DNA of 64,000 nucleotides, from the NCBI GenBank assembly GCA_016932505.1, contig JAFGCT010000028.1:2404-66403 (forward strand), written 5' to 3'. Shown in pieces: positions 48,830 to 58,322 of the stretch. This DNA comes from Candidatus Peregrinibacteria bacterium (GTDB taxonomy: Bacteria > Patescibacteriota > Gracilibacteria > UM-FILTER-43-11). A program made the position numbers and the translations under genes. Positions within the stretch are counted from its first letter, which is position 1. Each line of letters starts with the position of its first letter. The notes beneath the pieces were generated by a model. That model had not been told where the DNA came from. It ran no database searches and saw only the letters and a list, made by a program, of their open reading frames with translations.

Positions 48830-48856
48830 GAAGGTCGCGCACCGTGCGCGACCTTC
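48830..48856. repeat. GC-rich 12-bp-stem palindrome, related to the one at 61143-61182
   Basis: gaaggtcgcgca-ccg-tgcgcgaccttc, preceded by a duplicated ccccgaagg. Confidence 0.7.
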
Positions 48857-48935
48857 ACAATCCCCAAATTCACATCTTGCGGTTGCCAATTAAATTAGGT
48901 AGACTTGTTTTACTAATGTATAAAACAAAACAGCA

Positions 48936-50225
48936 ATGATTGATTTGAAAGATTTACGTGAGAACAGAGCGCTTTACGAAGCCGGTTTCAAAAAGAAGCA
49001 AGTTAATATCGATATTGATAAGCTTTTGGATATTGATCAGAAATACCGTGAAAAACTTCAGGCAGTTGAAGCGATGCGTGGGGAAAAAAATGAAGTTTCA
49101 AAAGCAATTCCGAATCTTGCTAACGAACAAAAGAAGTCAAAGATTGAGGAAATGAAAAAGCTTGGAGAAGAGCTTGATAAAGCCGAGGATGAACTGAACA
49201 CAATTTTTGTTCAACTTAGAGAGTTAGCAGTTCAGGCACCTAACCCCCCACATGAAAGTGTACCGGAAGGCAAGAGTGATGAAGAGAATGTTCCCGTAAG
49301 AACCGTAGGAGAAATTCCTAAGTTTGATTTTAAACCAAAAGACCATATAGAACTTGGAAAACTGCTAGATATAATTGATACTGAGACAGCTGCAAAAACA
49401 AGCGGTGCCCGTTTTTATTATCTTAAAAATGAATTGGTTCTTATTGAATTTGCTCTGATTAACTGGCTACTCGCAAAATATACAGCAAAGGGATTTACTC
49501 CTGTAACTGTACCAATGTTGGTTAAGGAAGAAATGATGTACGCTACCGGATTCTTCCCTGCAGATAGAAATGAAATATATACCGTTAACCCTACAACTGA
49601 GGAAAATAGTGAGGGTGATGATTTGTTTTTAGTTGGAACTTCCGAAGTCCCACTTTCTGGACTTCATATGTTTAAGGCAGTTAATGCTGAGGATTTACCT
49701 AAACGATATGTTGGTTTTTCCAGCTGTTTTCGCCGTGAAGCAGGAAGCTACGGTAAAGACACAAAGGGAATTTTACGAGTTCATCAATTTGATAAGCTGG
49801 AAATGTTCTCATTCTGTCATCCTGAAAAAAGCTGGGAGGAGCATGAACTACTTGTAAGCATTGAAGAAGAGATACTAACCGAACTCGGTCTTCCTTATCA
49901 GGTTGTAAATATTTGCGGAGGAGATTTGGGAGCACCCGCAGCAAAGAAATTTGATTGTGAAGTATGGATTCCTACTCAGGAAAATTACAGAGAACTTACA
50001 TCATGTTCAAACTGCACTGATTTTCAGGCAAGACGCGGAGGAATTCGATATAAAGATGAGGAAGGAACAAAACTTATGCATACATTAAATGGTACTGCTA
50101 TGGCGAGCACACGGACATTGATTGCAATTCTTGAAAACTACCAGCAAGCGGATGGAAGCGTAAAGATTCCAGAAGTGTTACATCCTTATTTACCAGGAAT
50201 TACAGTTATCAAACCAAAAACCTAA
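48936..50225 (+). CDS. serS: seryl-tRNA synthetase
   Basis: N-terminal coiled-coil arm and class II motifs (FRREAGS..., GLPYQVVNICGGDLG, LNGTAMA). Confidence 0.95.
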   Translation: MIDLKDLRENRALYEAGFKKKQVNIDIDKLLDIDQKYREKLQAVEAMRGEKNEVSKAIPNLANEQKKSKIEEMKKLGEELDKAEDELNTIFVQLRELAVQAPNPPHESVPEGKSDEENVPVRTVGEIPKFDFKPKDHIELGKLLDIIDTETAAKTSGARFYYLKNELVLIEFALINWLLAKYTAKGFTPVTVPMLVKEEMMYATGFFPADRNEIYTVNPTTEENSEGDDLFLVGTSEVPLSGLHMFKAVNAEDLPKRYVGFSSCFRREAGSYGKDTKGILRVHQFDKLEMFSFCHPEKSWEEHELLVSIEEEILTELGLPYQVVNICGGDLGAPAAKKFDCEVWIPTQENYRELTSCSNCTDFQARRGGIRYKDEEGTKLMHTLNGTAMASTRTLIAILENYQQADGSVKIPEVLHPYLPGITVIKPKT

Positions 50226-50317
50226 TTGTGTTGATTGTTGTTTGTAGATCGTTTTTTGAACTATACTTGGCAAACAACTAACAACAAAGAGCTAACAACA
50301 ATTTTAATCAAATTTTT
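50226..50317. repeat. inverted ttgttg / caacaa heptamer-type arrays
   Basis: ttgtgttgattgttgtttgtag ... caaacaactaacaacaaagagctaacaaca. Confidence 0.75.
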
Positions 50318-52189
50318 ATGCAAGACCCAAACCAACACCCACCTCAACACCCAAAATTCAAACCACCAAAAAGGAATAATAGTTTTATGTATGTCCTTAT
50401 TTTCGCTTTGATTCTTACAATTATTTATTACGCGACTGGGCCAAAAAATGTTAATGAAGATACGGCTCTTACCGAAATTCCGATTAGTCAATTGGTTCAG
50501 GAATACAGAGACGGACAGTATTCAGCTATTGAGGTTAAAAATAGTAAAATATACGCGACTAATAATGAGCAAAAAGAATTTTTAGCTTATCGTCCGGAAG
50601 GAGAAAGTATTAAAGACCTTGGACTAAATGAGCAGGGCAACCCAACACCCATTACAATTATAAGCACAGAGGCAAGCGCCTTTTGGCTTAATGTTCTTTC
50701 AAGCTGGTTACCTATAATTCTATTTATTGCGCTTATTATTTTTATGGCTAAACAGCTTGGAAAAGGGGCGAACAGCGCATTTTCATTTGGCAAATCTCAA
50801 GCAAAAGTCTATTCAAAAAATGGAAAACACAAAACAACTTTTAAAGATGTTGCAGGAATGGAAGAGTCTAAAGATGATTTAGTTGAAGTTGTGGACTTTT
50901 TAAAACACCCTAAAAAATACACTAAGATTGGAGCTAAAATTCCTCGAGGAGTATTACTCGTTGGAGCTCCTGGAACAGGTAAAACATTACTTGCTCGAGC
51001 TGTTGCCGGTGAGGCAGGTGTCCCCTTCTTCAGTATTTCCGGTTCTGAATTTGTGGAAATGTTTGTCGGTGTAGGTGCTAGTCGTGTAAGAGATTTATTC
51101 CAAAAGGCAAAGAAAAATGCGCCATGCATAATCTTTATAGATGAAATTGATGCGGTTGGTCGTCAGCGTGGTTTTGGAATGGGTGGCGGACACGACGAAA
51201 GAGAGCAGACGTTGAATCAGATCCTTACAGAAATGGATGGTTTTGAGAATGAAACAAATGTAATTGTAATGGCTGCAACCAATAGGCCAGATGTACTGGA
51301 TGCCGCTTTAATGCGACCAGGACGTTTTGACAGACGTGTAATTATTGATATGCCCAATCTTGTCGACCGTGAGGCAATTCTAAAAGTTCACGCACGTAAC
51401 AAACCACTAGATAAAAGTGTAGATTTAAAGAGTGTAGCTAAACAGACACCTGGGTTTTCCGGTGCAGATATTGAAAATCTTATTAACGAAGCAGCTATTC
51501 TGGCTGCAAAAAATAATAGGAATAAAATAATGCATTCTGATTTGGAGGCTTCTATTGAAAAAGTCGGGCTTGGTCCTGAAAAGAAATCACGCAGACTTTC
51601 CGATGAAGAAAAGAAAATCACCGCTTATCATGAGGTCGGTCACGCACTTGTGGGTAAATTACTACCTGGTTGTGACCCCGTACACAAGGTTTCTATTATC
51701 AGTAGAGGCATGGCTCTTGGTGTTACTTGGTTTTTACCGGAAGAAGATAAGCATCTAAAATCAGTTTCTAAATTCAAAGATGAATTATGCTCATTACTTG
51801 GAGGTTATATGTCCGAAAAACTTACCTTTGGTGAAGTAACCACAGGAGCGAGTAGCGACTTACAACGTGCAACCGAGATTGCAAGAAGCATGGTGATGGA
51901 TTATGGAATGAGTGAAGACCTTGGACCTGTAATTTTTGGTCAAAAATCAATGGCCAGATTCTTAGGTGCAGACCTTGGCTCAAAACCAAATTATAGTGAG
52001 GAAGTAGCAGCAAAAATTGATAATGCTGTTTCCAAAATTCTTACTGATGCTCAGGAAAAAACTGAAAACCTTCTTATTAAAAATAAAGCGCTTCTTAAAG
52101 AGATTGCGGAATCACTACTTAAGAAAGAGGTTTTGGATAAAAAAGAGTTTGATAGTTTTTTTCCTAAAGAAAAGACGAAGAAGAAATAA
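50318..52189 (+). CDS. ftsH: ATP-dependent zinc metalloprotease FtsH
   Basis: [16 protein letters not shown], the SRH region and the HEVGHAL zinc site. The N-terminus ([18 protein letters not shown]) is encoded by a cacc/caa-type repetitive stretch. Confidence 0.95.
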   Translation: MQDPNQHPPQHPKFKPPKRNNSFMYVLIFALILTIIYYATGPKNVNEDTALTEIPISQLVQEYRDGQYSAIEVKNSKIYATNNEQKEFLAYRPEGESIKDLGLNEQGNPTPITIISTEASAFWLNVLSSWLPIILFIALIIFMAKQLGKGANSAFSFGKSQAKVYSKNGKHKTTFKDVAGMEESKDDLVEVVDFLKHPKKYTKIGAKIPRGVLLVGAPGTGKTLLARAVAGEAGVPFFSISGSEFVEMFVGVGASRVRDLFQKAKKNAPCIIFIDEIDAVGRQRGFGMGGGHDEREQTLNQILTEMDGFENETNVIVMAATNRPDVLDAALMRPGRFDRRVIIDMPNLVDREAILKVHARNKPLDKSVDLKSVAKQTPGFSGADIENLINEAAILAAKNNRNKIMHSDLEASIEKVGLGPEKKSRRLSDEEKKITAYHEVGHALVGKLLPGCDPVHKVSIISRGMALGVTWFLPEEDKHLKSVSKFKDELCSLLGGYMSEKLTFGEVTTGASSDLQRATEIARSMVMDYGMSEDLGPVIFGQKSMARFLGADLGSKPNYSEEVAAKIDNAVSKILTDAQEKTENLLIKNKALLKEIAESLLKKEVLDKKEFDSFFPKEKTKKK

Positions 52190-52229
52190 TTTGTGATTTG
52201 TGATTTGTGATTTGTGATTTGTGATTTGT
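52188..52229. repeat. pure direct heptamer array: aatttgt + gatttgt x5
   Basis: Read directly from the sequence. It starts at the ftsH stop codon. Confidence 0.95.
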
Positions 52230-52252
52230 AAATTTTGGTTTAATATAACTAT

Positions 52253-52690
52253 ATGAAAACAATTTTCAAAAACAAAACAGAGGAAAATGTTATATCTCTT
52301 GCTATTGGCAATGAGTTAGAGGAAAAACAAATAGGAGAAGCTCCTGCGGGCTTTGGTCAACTTCCTATTGATGTGCTTGAAAATGATAAAGAGATTTTAG
52401 TTATTGCACCTTTGGCAGGCGTGGATTTAGATAATGCGGAAGTTATTATTAATAATGACGTACTAACAATCCGAGGAAGACGCGAGGTGGATGAGGATCT
52501 TTTTGGATTCAAAAGAAAGGATTATTTTGTGCAAGAATGTTATTGGGGTGAATTTTCGCGTTCAATTATTCTTCCGCCTAATGCAGATTCTTCCAAAATA
52601 GAGGCTACTCAAAAAGACCATATCCTTTATATTAAAATACCGAAAAAAGTCGAGTTTCAGATGAGAATTGTTAAGATTAAATCTAAATAG
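52253..52690 (+). CDS. Hsp20/alpha-crystallin family small heat-shock protein
   Basis: PIDVLENDKEILVIAPLAGVDLDNAEVIINNDVLTIRGRR...LYIKIPK. Confidence 0.85.
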   Translation: MKTIFKNKTEENVISLAIGNELEEKQIGEAPAGFGQLPIDVLENDKEILVIAPLAGVDLDNAEVIINNDVLTIRGRREVDEDLFGFKRKDYFVQECYWGEFSRSIILPPNADSSKIEATQKDHILYIKIPKKVEFQMRIVKIKSK

Positions 52691-52775
52691 GTAAGCAAAT
52701 TGATGAGCAAATTGATGAGCATATTGTACAATCGGCTCCTCAATCGGCTCTACAATCGGCTCTACAATATGAATC
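52691..52775. repeat. two 12-mer arrays: gcaaattgatga x2 and caatcggctc(t/c)(a/t) x3
   Basis: Read directly from the sequence. Confidence 0.85.
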
Positions 52776-53579
52776 ATGATAAAAAAAGCAATATTACCAG
52801 TAGCGGGAATCGGTACCCGATTTTTACCAGCAACAAAAGTTGTTCCAAAAGAACTACTTCCTATTGTCGATAAGCCTGTAATTCAATATTTGGTAGAAGA
52901 AGCTGTAAGTAGCGGAATTGAGGAAATAATCTTTGTTATTTCTAAAGATAAAGAACTAATAAGAGACTATTTTTCTCCAAATCCTGAACTTGAAGAAACA
53001 CTTCGAATAAAAGGGAAATCCGATGCCTTACAAAAAGTGGCAGAGCTTCATAAGATGGCAAAATTTTCTTATGTTTATCAAAACGAACCACTTGGAGACG
53101 GAGACGCAATATTAAAAGCAAAAGAACTTATAGGAAACGAACCTTTTATGGTGCTTTTTGGTGATGATATTATAAAAGGTGACGTACCTGCTTCTAAGCA
53201 ATTAATTCAGAACTATACTGGCGGAGTAATTATTGCTGTTGAGGAAGTTGATAAAAAATATGCCCCATTATACGGAATAATCGACCCCGGTGTTCAAAAT
53301 GGAAATCTTTTTGAAGTAAAGACCCTTGTGGAAAAACCGAGTCCTGAAGAAGCACCAAGTAATTTAGGAATAATTGGAAAATTCATCTGTCCGCCTGAAA
53401 TTTTTGAAGCTATAGAAAACTCCCCATCCGGCAAAGATGGTGAGCTTAGATTGGTAGATGGCATATTATCACTTTCACAATCACAAAAAATCTGGGCACT
53501 AAAAATGGAAGGTCAACGTTTTGATACAGGTAAACCTGATGGTTTGGTTAGTGCAAATAATGCTTATTTAAATGCCTAA
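52776..53579 (+). CDS. galU: UTP-glucose-1-phosphate uridylyltransferase
   Basis: AILPVAGIGTRFLPATKVVPKELLPIVDKP. Confidence 0.9.
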   Translation: MIKKAILPVAGIGTRFLPATKVVPKELLPIVDKPVIQYLVEEAVSSGIEEIIFVISKDKELIRDYFSPNPELEETLRIKGKSDALQKVAELHKMAKFSYVYQNEPLGDGDAILKAKELIGNEPFMVLFGDDIIKGDVPASKQLIQNYTGGVIIAVEEVDKKYAPLYGIIDPGVQNGNLFEVKTLVEKPSPEEAPSNLGIIGKFICPPEIFEAIENSPSGKDGELRLVDGILSLSQSQKIWALKMEGQRFDTGKPDGLVSANNAYLNA

Positions 53580-53640
53580 AAACTTATATGCTGCGTACTG
53601 TGGAAAGTAGTTTAGAAATTTTTATATTTCCAAAAAAATA

Positions 53641-53669
53641 TTGAAAAATCCCATAAAATACTGTAAAAT
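53641..53669 (+). promoter_or_regulatory. sigma70-like promoter candidate
   Basis: ttgaaa, a 17-nt spacer, then taaaat, about 27 nt upstream of the ATG at 53696. Confidence 0.45.
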
Positions 53670-53695
53670 AGGATAACATTAATTAATGTAAATTT

Positions 53696-54319
53696 ATGAC
53701 AAGTAATAAAAGAGATGATGAACAAGAGCTCGATCACGATATAGAAGAAGCTCTTAGTCATATTGAAGAATTAAAACTTAGCGGTAGCCATCAAGAGTCT
53801 ATTAAAGAGGCAGAAAAATTGTTATGCGATAACCCTAATTGCGTTCATGCACTAGAAGAAATTGCTGATAATTATGTAAGCTTGGATCAATTCGATAGGG
53901 CGGAAAAAGCTTGTGAGAGAGCTTTAAAATTAAATGAAAAAAGTTACACAGCTAAATATATTCTTGGGTTTATTTCTTCTCAAAAGCAGAACTGGCCAAA
54001 GGCTATTAGTTATTTAAAATCTTCAAACGATTTACATTCCAATAATCCTGAGATTTTAAGATGTTTAGGTTGGGCGATGTTTAATAACAGAAAAAGAACT
54101 CAAGGTATTGTGATTCTTGAAAGAGCATTAAATCTGGACCCAGATAATAGCCTTACACTTTGTGACCTTGGAATTTGCTATTTGCAGACAAAAAATTTCG
54201 ACAAATCCGTTGAGCTTTTAAAACATGCAATGGATATTGATCCAGATAACAATAGAGTAAAAGAATGTTTGAATGCCGCTAAAGGTTTTAAGGAAAGATA
54301 TTTGAAGATGAATAAATAA
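53696..54319 (+). CDS. TPR-repeat protein
   Basis: Repeated A..Y...G / A...ERAL.L.P.N patterns (for example ALEEIADNYVSLDQFDRAEKACERALKLNE). Confidence 0.7.
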   Translation: MTSNKRDDEQELDHDIEEALSHIEELKLSGSHQESIKEAEKLLCDNPNCVHALEEIADNYVSLDQFDRAEKACERALKLNEKSYTAKYILGFISSQKQNWPKAISYLKSSNDLHSNNPEILRCLGWAMFNNRKRTQGIVILERALNLDPDNSLTLCDLGICYLQTKNFDKSVELLKHAMDIDPDNNRVKECLNAAKGFKERYLKMNK

Positions 54320-54422
54320 AATTTGAAATTTGTGAATTGAGATTTGTGATTCTTTTTTGTTTATTGTATTTTTGTCATGTCCTATAAATAAATTCACAAA
54401 TCAAAAATCACAAATCAAAAAT
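54320..54422. repeat. inverted gatttgt-family arms
   Basis: aatttgaaatttgtgaattgagatttgtgattc (54320-54352) versus aaattcacaaatcaaaaatcacaaatcaaaaat (54389-54422). Confidence 0.85.
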
Positions 54423-54426
54423 AGTA

Positions 54427-54810
54427 ATGGGTTTTGGAACATTCGATGGTCTGCATCCAGGTCATATGTATTATTTAAGACAGCTTGATGCATTGGGTGA
54501 TGAGCTAATTGTTTTAATTGCGAGAGACAGAAATGTTAAAAAGACAAAAGGCAAACTACCGCAACACAATGAGAAAGAACGGTTGAGCGCAGTAAAAGAC
54601 CTTAAATTTGTTAACCGAGTTCTTATCGGGCATTCATCCGATTATTATCACTGGATACGCAAAATTCGTCCCGATATTATTGGTCTGGGATATGATCAAA
54701 TGACGAATTTGGATGGCCTTAAGAAAACTTTTCCTGATATTGAAATTGTAAGACTGGATCCGTATGAACCGGAAAAGTATAAATCTAGCTTATTGAGGGA
54801 TAAGGAATAG
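54427..54810 (+). CDS. cytidylyl/adenylyltransferase-family protein (RibL/FAD-synthase-like)
   Basis: GTFDGLHPGHMYYL, the (H/T)xGH nucleotidyltransferase motif. The N-terminus looks short by one beta-strand if the ATG at 54427 is the start. Confidence 0.7.
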   Translation: MGFGTFDGLHPGHMYYLRQLDALGDELIVLIARDRNVKKTKGKLPQHNEKERLSAVKDLKFVNRVLIGHSSDYYHWIRKIRPDIIGLGYDQMTNLDGLKKTFPDIEIVRLDPYEPEKYKSSLLRDKE

Positions 54811-54930
54811 CGCAGTAGAAACGCTTCGCAGTACATTTTTATATATGTATGAATATTTTTTAAAATTTACTCCTTTTTCTTGTATCTAATAATCCGTTCT
54901 GCTAAACTATACGCAGTAAAACAAAAATAA

Positions 54931-55899
54931 ATGCTTAGGGGAAAATTAAAAAAACAAATGACTTGGTTCATGCGCGTGCTTACAAATGCATGGCAGAGTT
55001 TAATGCGCAATAAAATCCTTTCTATTGCGACTATTCTGATAATATCTCTGATGCTTTTTATTTTTAATCTTATTCTGGCTCTAAGCTATGCTACTGAGTC
55101 TGTTATTACGAATGTCGGCGAAAAACTGGATATAAGTGTTGAAATCAATCCGGGAGTCGAAAATTATACAATTCAGACCTTTACTGATACACTCCGTAAA
55201 AATCCTGATATTAAAGAGGTTGTTTATGTAAGCAAAGATGAAGCATTAGGGCGATTCGGGTCCAAATATCCTAACGTTATTTCTTTTCTGGACTATCATA
55301 AACTTCAAAACCCCCTACCAGATATTGTTAGAATTGTTAGCACTGATGTGGAGAATAATAATCTGATTATTTCATATCTAGAGAGACCTGAGTTTGAAAG
55401 AATAGTAAATCAGCAAAAGTTAAAACTTAATCTAGAACAAAAGAGTCGTAATGAAAAAATCTTAAATATTACAAGCTTTATTAAAAAAACAGGTATTTGG
55501 ATGAATGTTATTTTTGCGCTCGTTACAATTCTGATAATTTTCAACAGCATAAATATAAATATCCATACTCATAAGAATGAAATTAGAATTATGAAACTGG
55601 TAGGTGCAACTCAGACTTTTATTCGTGCAGGGTTTATTTTTGAAGGAATAATTATTGCTGTAGTAGCGCTTTTGATAAGTGTTGGCTTTTCCAAATTAAT
55701 ATTAGGCTACCTGGCAACCAGTCTTGTTGGAATTATAAGTAACGAGAATCTGCTTGCAGGTATGAACGCTATACTTCTGCACTTTCAGGATAGGTTCTGG
55801 TTTACACTCAGCTGGCAATTACTCGCTGCGATAGGCGCAGGAATAATTAGTAGTTATTTGGCTATTGAGCTTTATCTACGTAAAAAACGTACATTTTAA
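54931..55899 (+). CDS. ftsX: FtsX-like permease (cell-division ABC transporter permease family)
   Basis: N-terminal TM helix. Extracellular domain with VVYVSKDEALGRF. Three C-terminal TM helices with KLVGAT. Confidence 0.8.
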   Translation: MLRGKLKKQMTWFMRVLTNAWQSLMRNKILSIATILIISLMLFIFNLILALSYATESVITNVGEKLDISVEINPGVENYTIQTFTDTLRKNPDIKEVVYVSKDEALGRFGSKYPNVISFLDYHKLQNPLPDIVRIVSTDVENNNLIISYLERPEFERIVNQQKLKLNLEQKSRNEKILNITSFIKKTGIWMNVIFALVTILIIFNSININIHTHKNEIRIMKLVGATQTFIRAGFIFEGIIIAVVALLISVGFSKLILGYLATSLVGIISNENLLAGMNAILLHFQDRFWFTLSWQLLAAIGAGIISSYLAIELYLRKKRTF

Positions 55900-55902
55900 G
55901 AT

Positions 55903-55995
55903 GGGATTATTAGAATTATTGAGATTATTGGGATGATTGAGATGTTTATAGCATTTCCCAATAATCATAATAATCCTAATAATCTCAATAATCAC
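55903..55995. repeat. inverted arrays of the gattattgN 9-mer (same family as 1994-2080)
   Basis: gggattattagaattattgagattattgggatgattgagatg ... cccaataatcataataatcctaataatctcaataatcac. Confidence 0.9.
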
Positions 55996-56005
55996 AACAA
56001 AATAA

Positions 56006-56752
56006 ATGAACAAAAATATAAAAACAGAAGGAATAATTCTTAGACGCATTAACCTAAATGATGCGGATCAAATTGTAACTGTACTTACAAAAGATATGGG
56101 TAAAATTGCGTGTATGGCAAAAGGTAGTAGGAGGACAAAAAGTAAATTCTGTGGAAGACTGGAAATGTTTTATCAGGTTAAAGTCGCTGCTTTTCAGGGT
56201 AGAAACTTGGGCTACTTGGATGAAGCTGAACCGATTATTCATAGAAAATTTCACGATGCATGTCTACGCTCAAAAAGCATTCTTTTCTATATTGCAGAAC
56301 TAACAAACAGGCTTATTCAGGATGAACAGCAGATTGATGGTGTTTATGAATTAATGCTTAATGCACTGGATCAAATTGAAAAGAACAATGAAAAAAGTGA
56401 TTTGGTTTTATATGCCTATACAATTAAATTACTTGGAATGCTTGGGTTTATGGCACCGTGGGATAGGTGCGCAAGAAGTAACGTATCACTTAATCTTTCC
56501 GAACCATTATTTTTAAGCCTTCATGATGGAAGCGTAATTCGAAGCGGTTATAATACTTCAATAGACCCACGCCTAACTCCCCCACTTATTAAATGGGTAA
56601 ACTATATGCAAAAGGCAAATTTTTCAGATATTGTTAACGTTGCCCCTAACAAAGGTGAAAAAGTTCAGGTTTGGTTTTTGATAAAAACAATGCTGGAAAA
56701 TATTTTGAGTAGCCCAATTAAATCAGAGGAATTTTTGAGTATGGTGGGGTAA
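56006..56752 (+). CDS. recO: DNA repair protein RecO
   Basis: EGIILRRINLNDADQIVTVLTKDMGKIACMAKGSRRTKSKF (N-terminal OB-fold region). Confidence 0.8.
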   Translation: MNKNIKTEGIILRRINLNDADQIVTVLTKDMGKIACMAKGSRRTKSKFCGRLEMFYQVKVAAFQGRNLGYLDEAEPIIHRKFHDACLRSKSILFYIAELTNRLIQDEQQIDGVYELMLNALDQIEKNNEKSDLVLYAYTIKLLGMLGFMAPWDRCARSNVSLNLSEPLFLSLHDGSVIRSGYNTSIDPRLTPPLIKWVNYMQKANFSDIVNVAPNKGEKVQVWFLIKTMLENILSSPIKSEEFLSMVG

Positions 56753-56816
56753 TATTTAGCATTTATCATTTAACATTTGATATAGCTTATAACATTTAAT
56801 TTTTAATTTCTATTTT

Positions 56817-57122
56817 ATGCAATTTGGATATATGGGGGCTGGATTTATGCCTCAAAGACTTTTCTGCCTAATCTTCTTACTTGGTGTTATTCTTTTCTTG
56901 GTATGGGCAATCCGTACTCTTAAAAAGGATGAACTAAAAAAATGGGTTATAGGCTTACTTTTAGTAGGATTACTTGGAATGATTGGCAGCTCACTTCTTA
57001 TGCACAAAGGGAATTATTTTAAAGATGGTAAAGGCCTTACGGAAGGAAAATTTCTTAGATATGGTGGATTTGGCGGATGCGAAATGTTTGAGGAAATTAC
57101 CGAAGCTACTGAAGCAGAGTAA
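56817..57122 (+). CDS. small two-TM membrane protein, hypothetical
   Basis: Two hydrophobic helices and an acidic C-terminus. Confidence 0.5.
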   Translation: MQFGYMGAGFMPQRLFCLIFLLGVILFLVWAIRTLKKDELKKWVIGLLLVGLLGMIGSSLLMHKGNYFKDGKGLTEGKFLRYGGFGGCEMFEEITEATEAE

Positions 57123-57167
57123 TTTTCTTAAAAGCTGATAATATAATGTTTTATTTTAAAAACAATC

Positions 57168-57195
57168 TTGCAAAAAGATTGTGGTTTGATAAAAT
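57168..57195 (+). promoter_or_regulatory. sigma70-like promoter candidate for tRNA-Gly
   Basis: ttgcaa, a 16-nt spacer, then taaaat, ending 13 nt before the tRNA 5' end. Confidence 0.45.
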
Positions 57196-57208
57196 TCCAT
57201 AGCACCTT

Positions 57209-57285
57209 GCGGGTGTAGCTCAGTTGATTAGAGCGCTGCCTTGCCATGGCAGAGGTCGAGGGTTTGAGTCCCTTCACCCGCTCCA
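57209..57285 (+). tRNA. tRNA-Gly (anticodon GCC), CCA encoded
   Basis: Hand-folded cloverleaf: acceptor gcgggtg/cacccgc, D stem gctc/gagc, anticodon stem ctgcc/ggcag with loop ttGCCat, T stem gaggg/ccctt, discriminator t, then cca. Confidence 0.9.
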
Positions 57286-57330
57286 GAAAAATTAAATTAC
57301 AAATATTTAATATTCGTAATTTTTTTAGTT

Positions 57331-57912
57331 TTAATTTTTACACCTCTTTCCTGCTTTCTTATAGTTGGCTTTTCTTTTATGGCTATATTTTTCTTCGCAT
57401 AGACACTTTGATATAAGTGCTCTACCTACATCAATGCCATTTGGCAAATGAACGTATGCTAATTTTCTTCCATATTTATCGTTATGGAAAGGACCTTGCA
57501 GTGTAATTCGTCCTTCTCCAAGCATTTGTCTAATTTCACGCTTGGCATTATTACCCTCTCTAATTTCATCTGCAGTTCTTGGACCTCCATTTTTAGTCTT
57601 CTTTTTACTATGTGCTGTTTCTGGGCAATCAATACCCTGAATTCGCACACGCATAGTCTTGCTATTATGTTTTTTTCCTAGTCTAACATCAATAGTATCT
57701 CCATCTACTACACATTGAACTTGAGCTTTATCTCCATCATCTATAAAAGGCCCCTCTGCTGGTTTTGCCTTTCCTCCACAATAAGGTAGCAACCCCCCTG
57801 CATCGGCTTCATTTGCCGGATAACTTGAAGTGGCAATCCCAAGAACTGCTAAAATTGCTAATCTCTGATATGGATTAAGAGAATTAGGTGATGAATTTGG
57901 AGTATTTTTCAT
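57331..57912 (-). CDS. secreted thermonuclease (SNase-like) family protein
   Basis: Signal-like N-terminus. VVDGDTIDVRL...VRIQGIDCPE...YGRKLAYVHL. Confidence 0.8.
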   Translation of the reverse strand: MKNTPNSSPNSLNPYQRLAILAVLGIATSSYPANEADAGGLLPYCGGKAKPAEGPFIDDGDKAQVQCVVDGDTIDVRLGKKHNSKTMRVRIQGIDCPETAHSKKKTKNGGPRTADEIREGNNAKREIRQMLGEGRITLQGPFHNDKYGRKLAYVHLPNGIDVGRALISKCLCEEKYSHKRKANYKKAGKRCKN

Positions 57913-57969
57913 GGATATTAATTAAGTTTGGTTTATAATTAAACCAAATATAATTAGTTTTGTCAATGC

Positions 57970-58296
57970 CTACTGAGGAACCCTACTTAATTCGCAAATC
58001 AAATCATAATTATCATCTGGTGCGATGCGATTAAAAGACTTATGACCGCACTTTTGGCATAAATTAATAACACGTGTCCCCTTCTTTTTATTTACTTCAA
58101 CACCTATTGGAGCCATAAGCCCCTTACATTCATTTGCCCTGTCACCAGGAACATCTAAATCTACGTGAAGACTATACAGGCAAAAAGGGCAATGATTACG
58201 ACAACTTCCACCAGTATGCTTACCGACTTTTTTATTGCAATGTTTACAGATGAAGCCTTTGTTATTGGCAATCATGTTCTTTCGTATGTTTACCAT
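57970..58296 (-). CDS. RNHCP domain protein
   Basis: FICKHCNKKV...GGSCRNHCPFCLYSLHVD...GDRANEC. Confidence 0.7.
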   Translation of the reverse strand: MVNIRKNMIANNKGFICKHCNKKVGKHTGGSCRNHCPFCLYSLHVDLDVPGDRANECKGLMAPIGVEVNKKKGTRVINLCQKCGHKSFNRIAPDDNYDLICELSRVPQ

Positions 58297-58322
58297 ATAT
58301 TAATTATGGGTTACAAATTGAG

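Noticed and set aside
48385-48870. Possible RNase P RNA or tmRNA. Strings resembling GGAAAGUCCGG, GAGCAA..AAU and ACCCGGUUA were noticed.
   Set aside because: The putative P4 strands cannot form more than 4 bp. The spacing between the motifs is far too short for RNase P. No tmRNA-like tRNA end or tag frame is present.
48424-48873. 149-aa and 113-aa minus-strand ORFs in the GC-enriched segment.
   Set aside because: They give R/C-rich, non-protein-like sequences without an RBS. The plus-strand ORF, or an RNA, is the better explanation.
50261-50491. 76-aa minus-strand ORF overlapping the ftsH start.
   Set aside because: It is antisense to the repeat-rich ftsH 5' end ([12 protein letters not shown] periodic peptide) and has no independent support.
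52562-52777. 71-aa minus-strand ORF (MIHIVEPIVEPIEEPIV…).
   Set aside because: It is encoded by the 12-mer arrays and is antisense to the hsp20 3' end.
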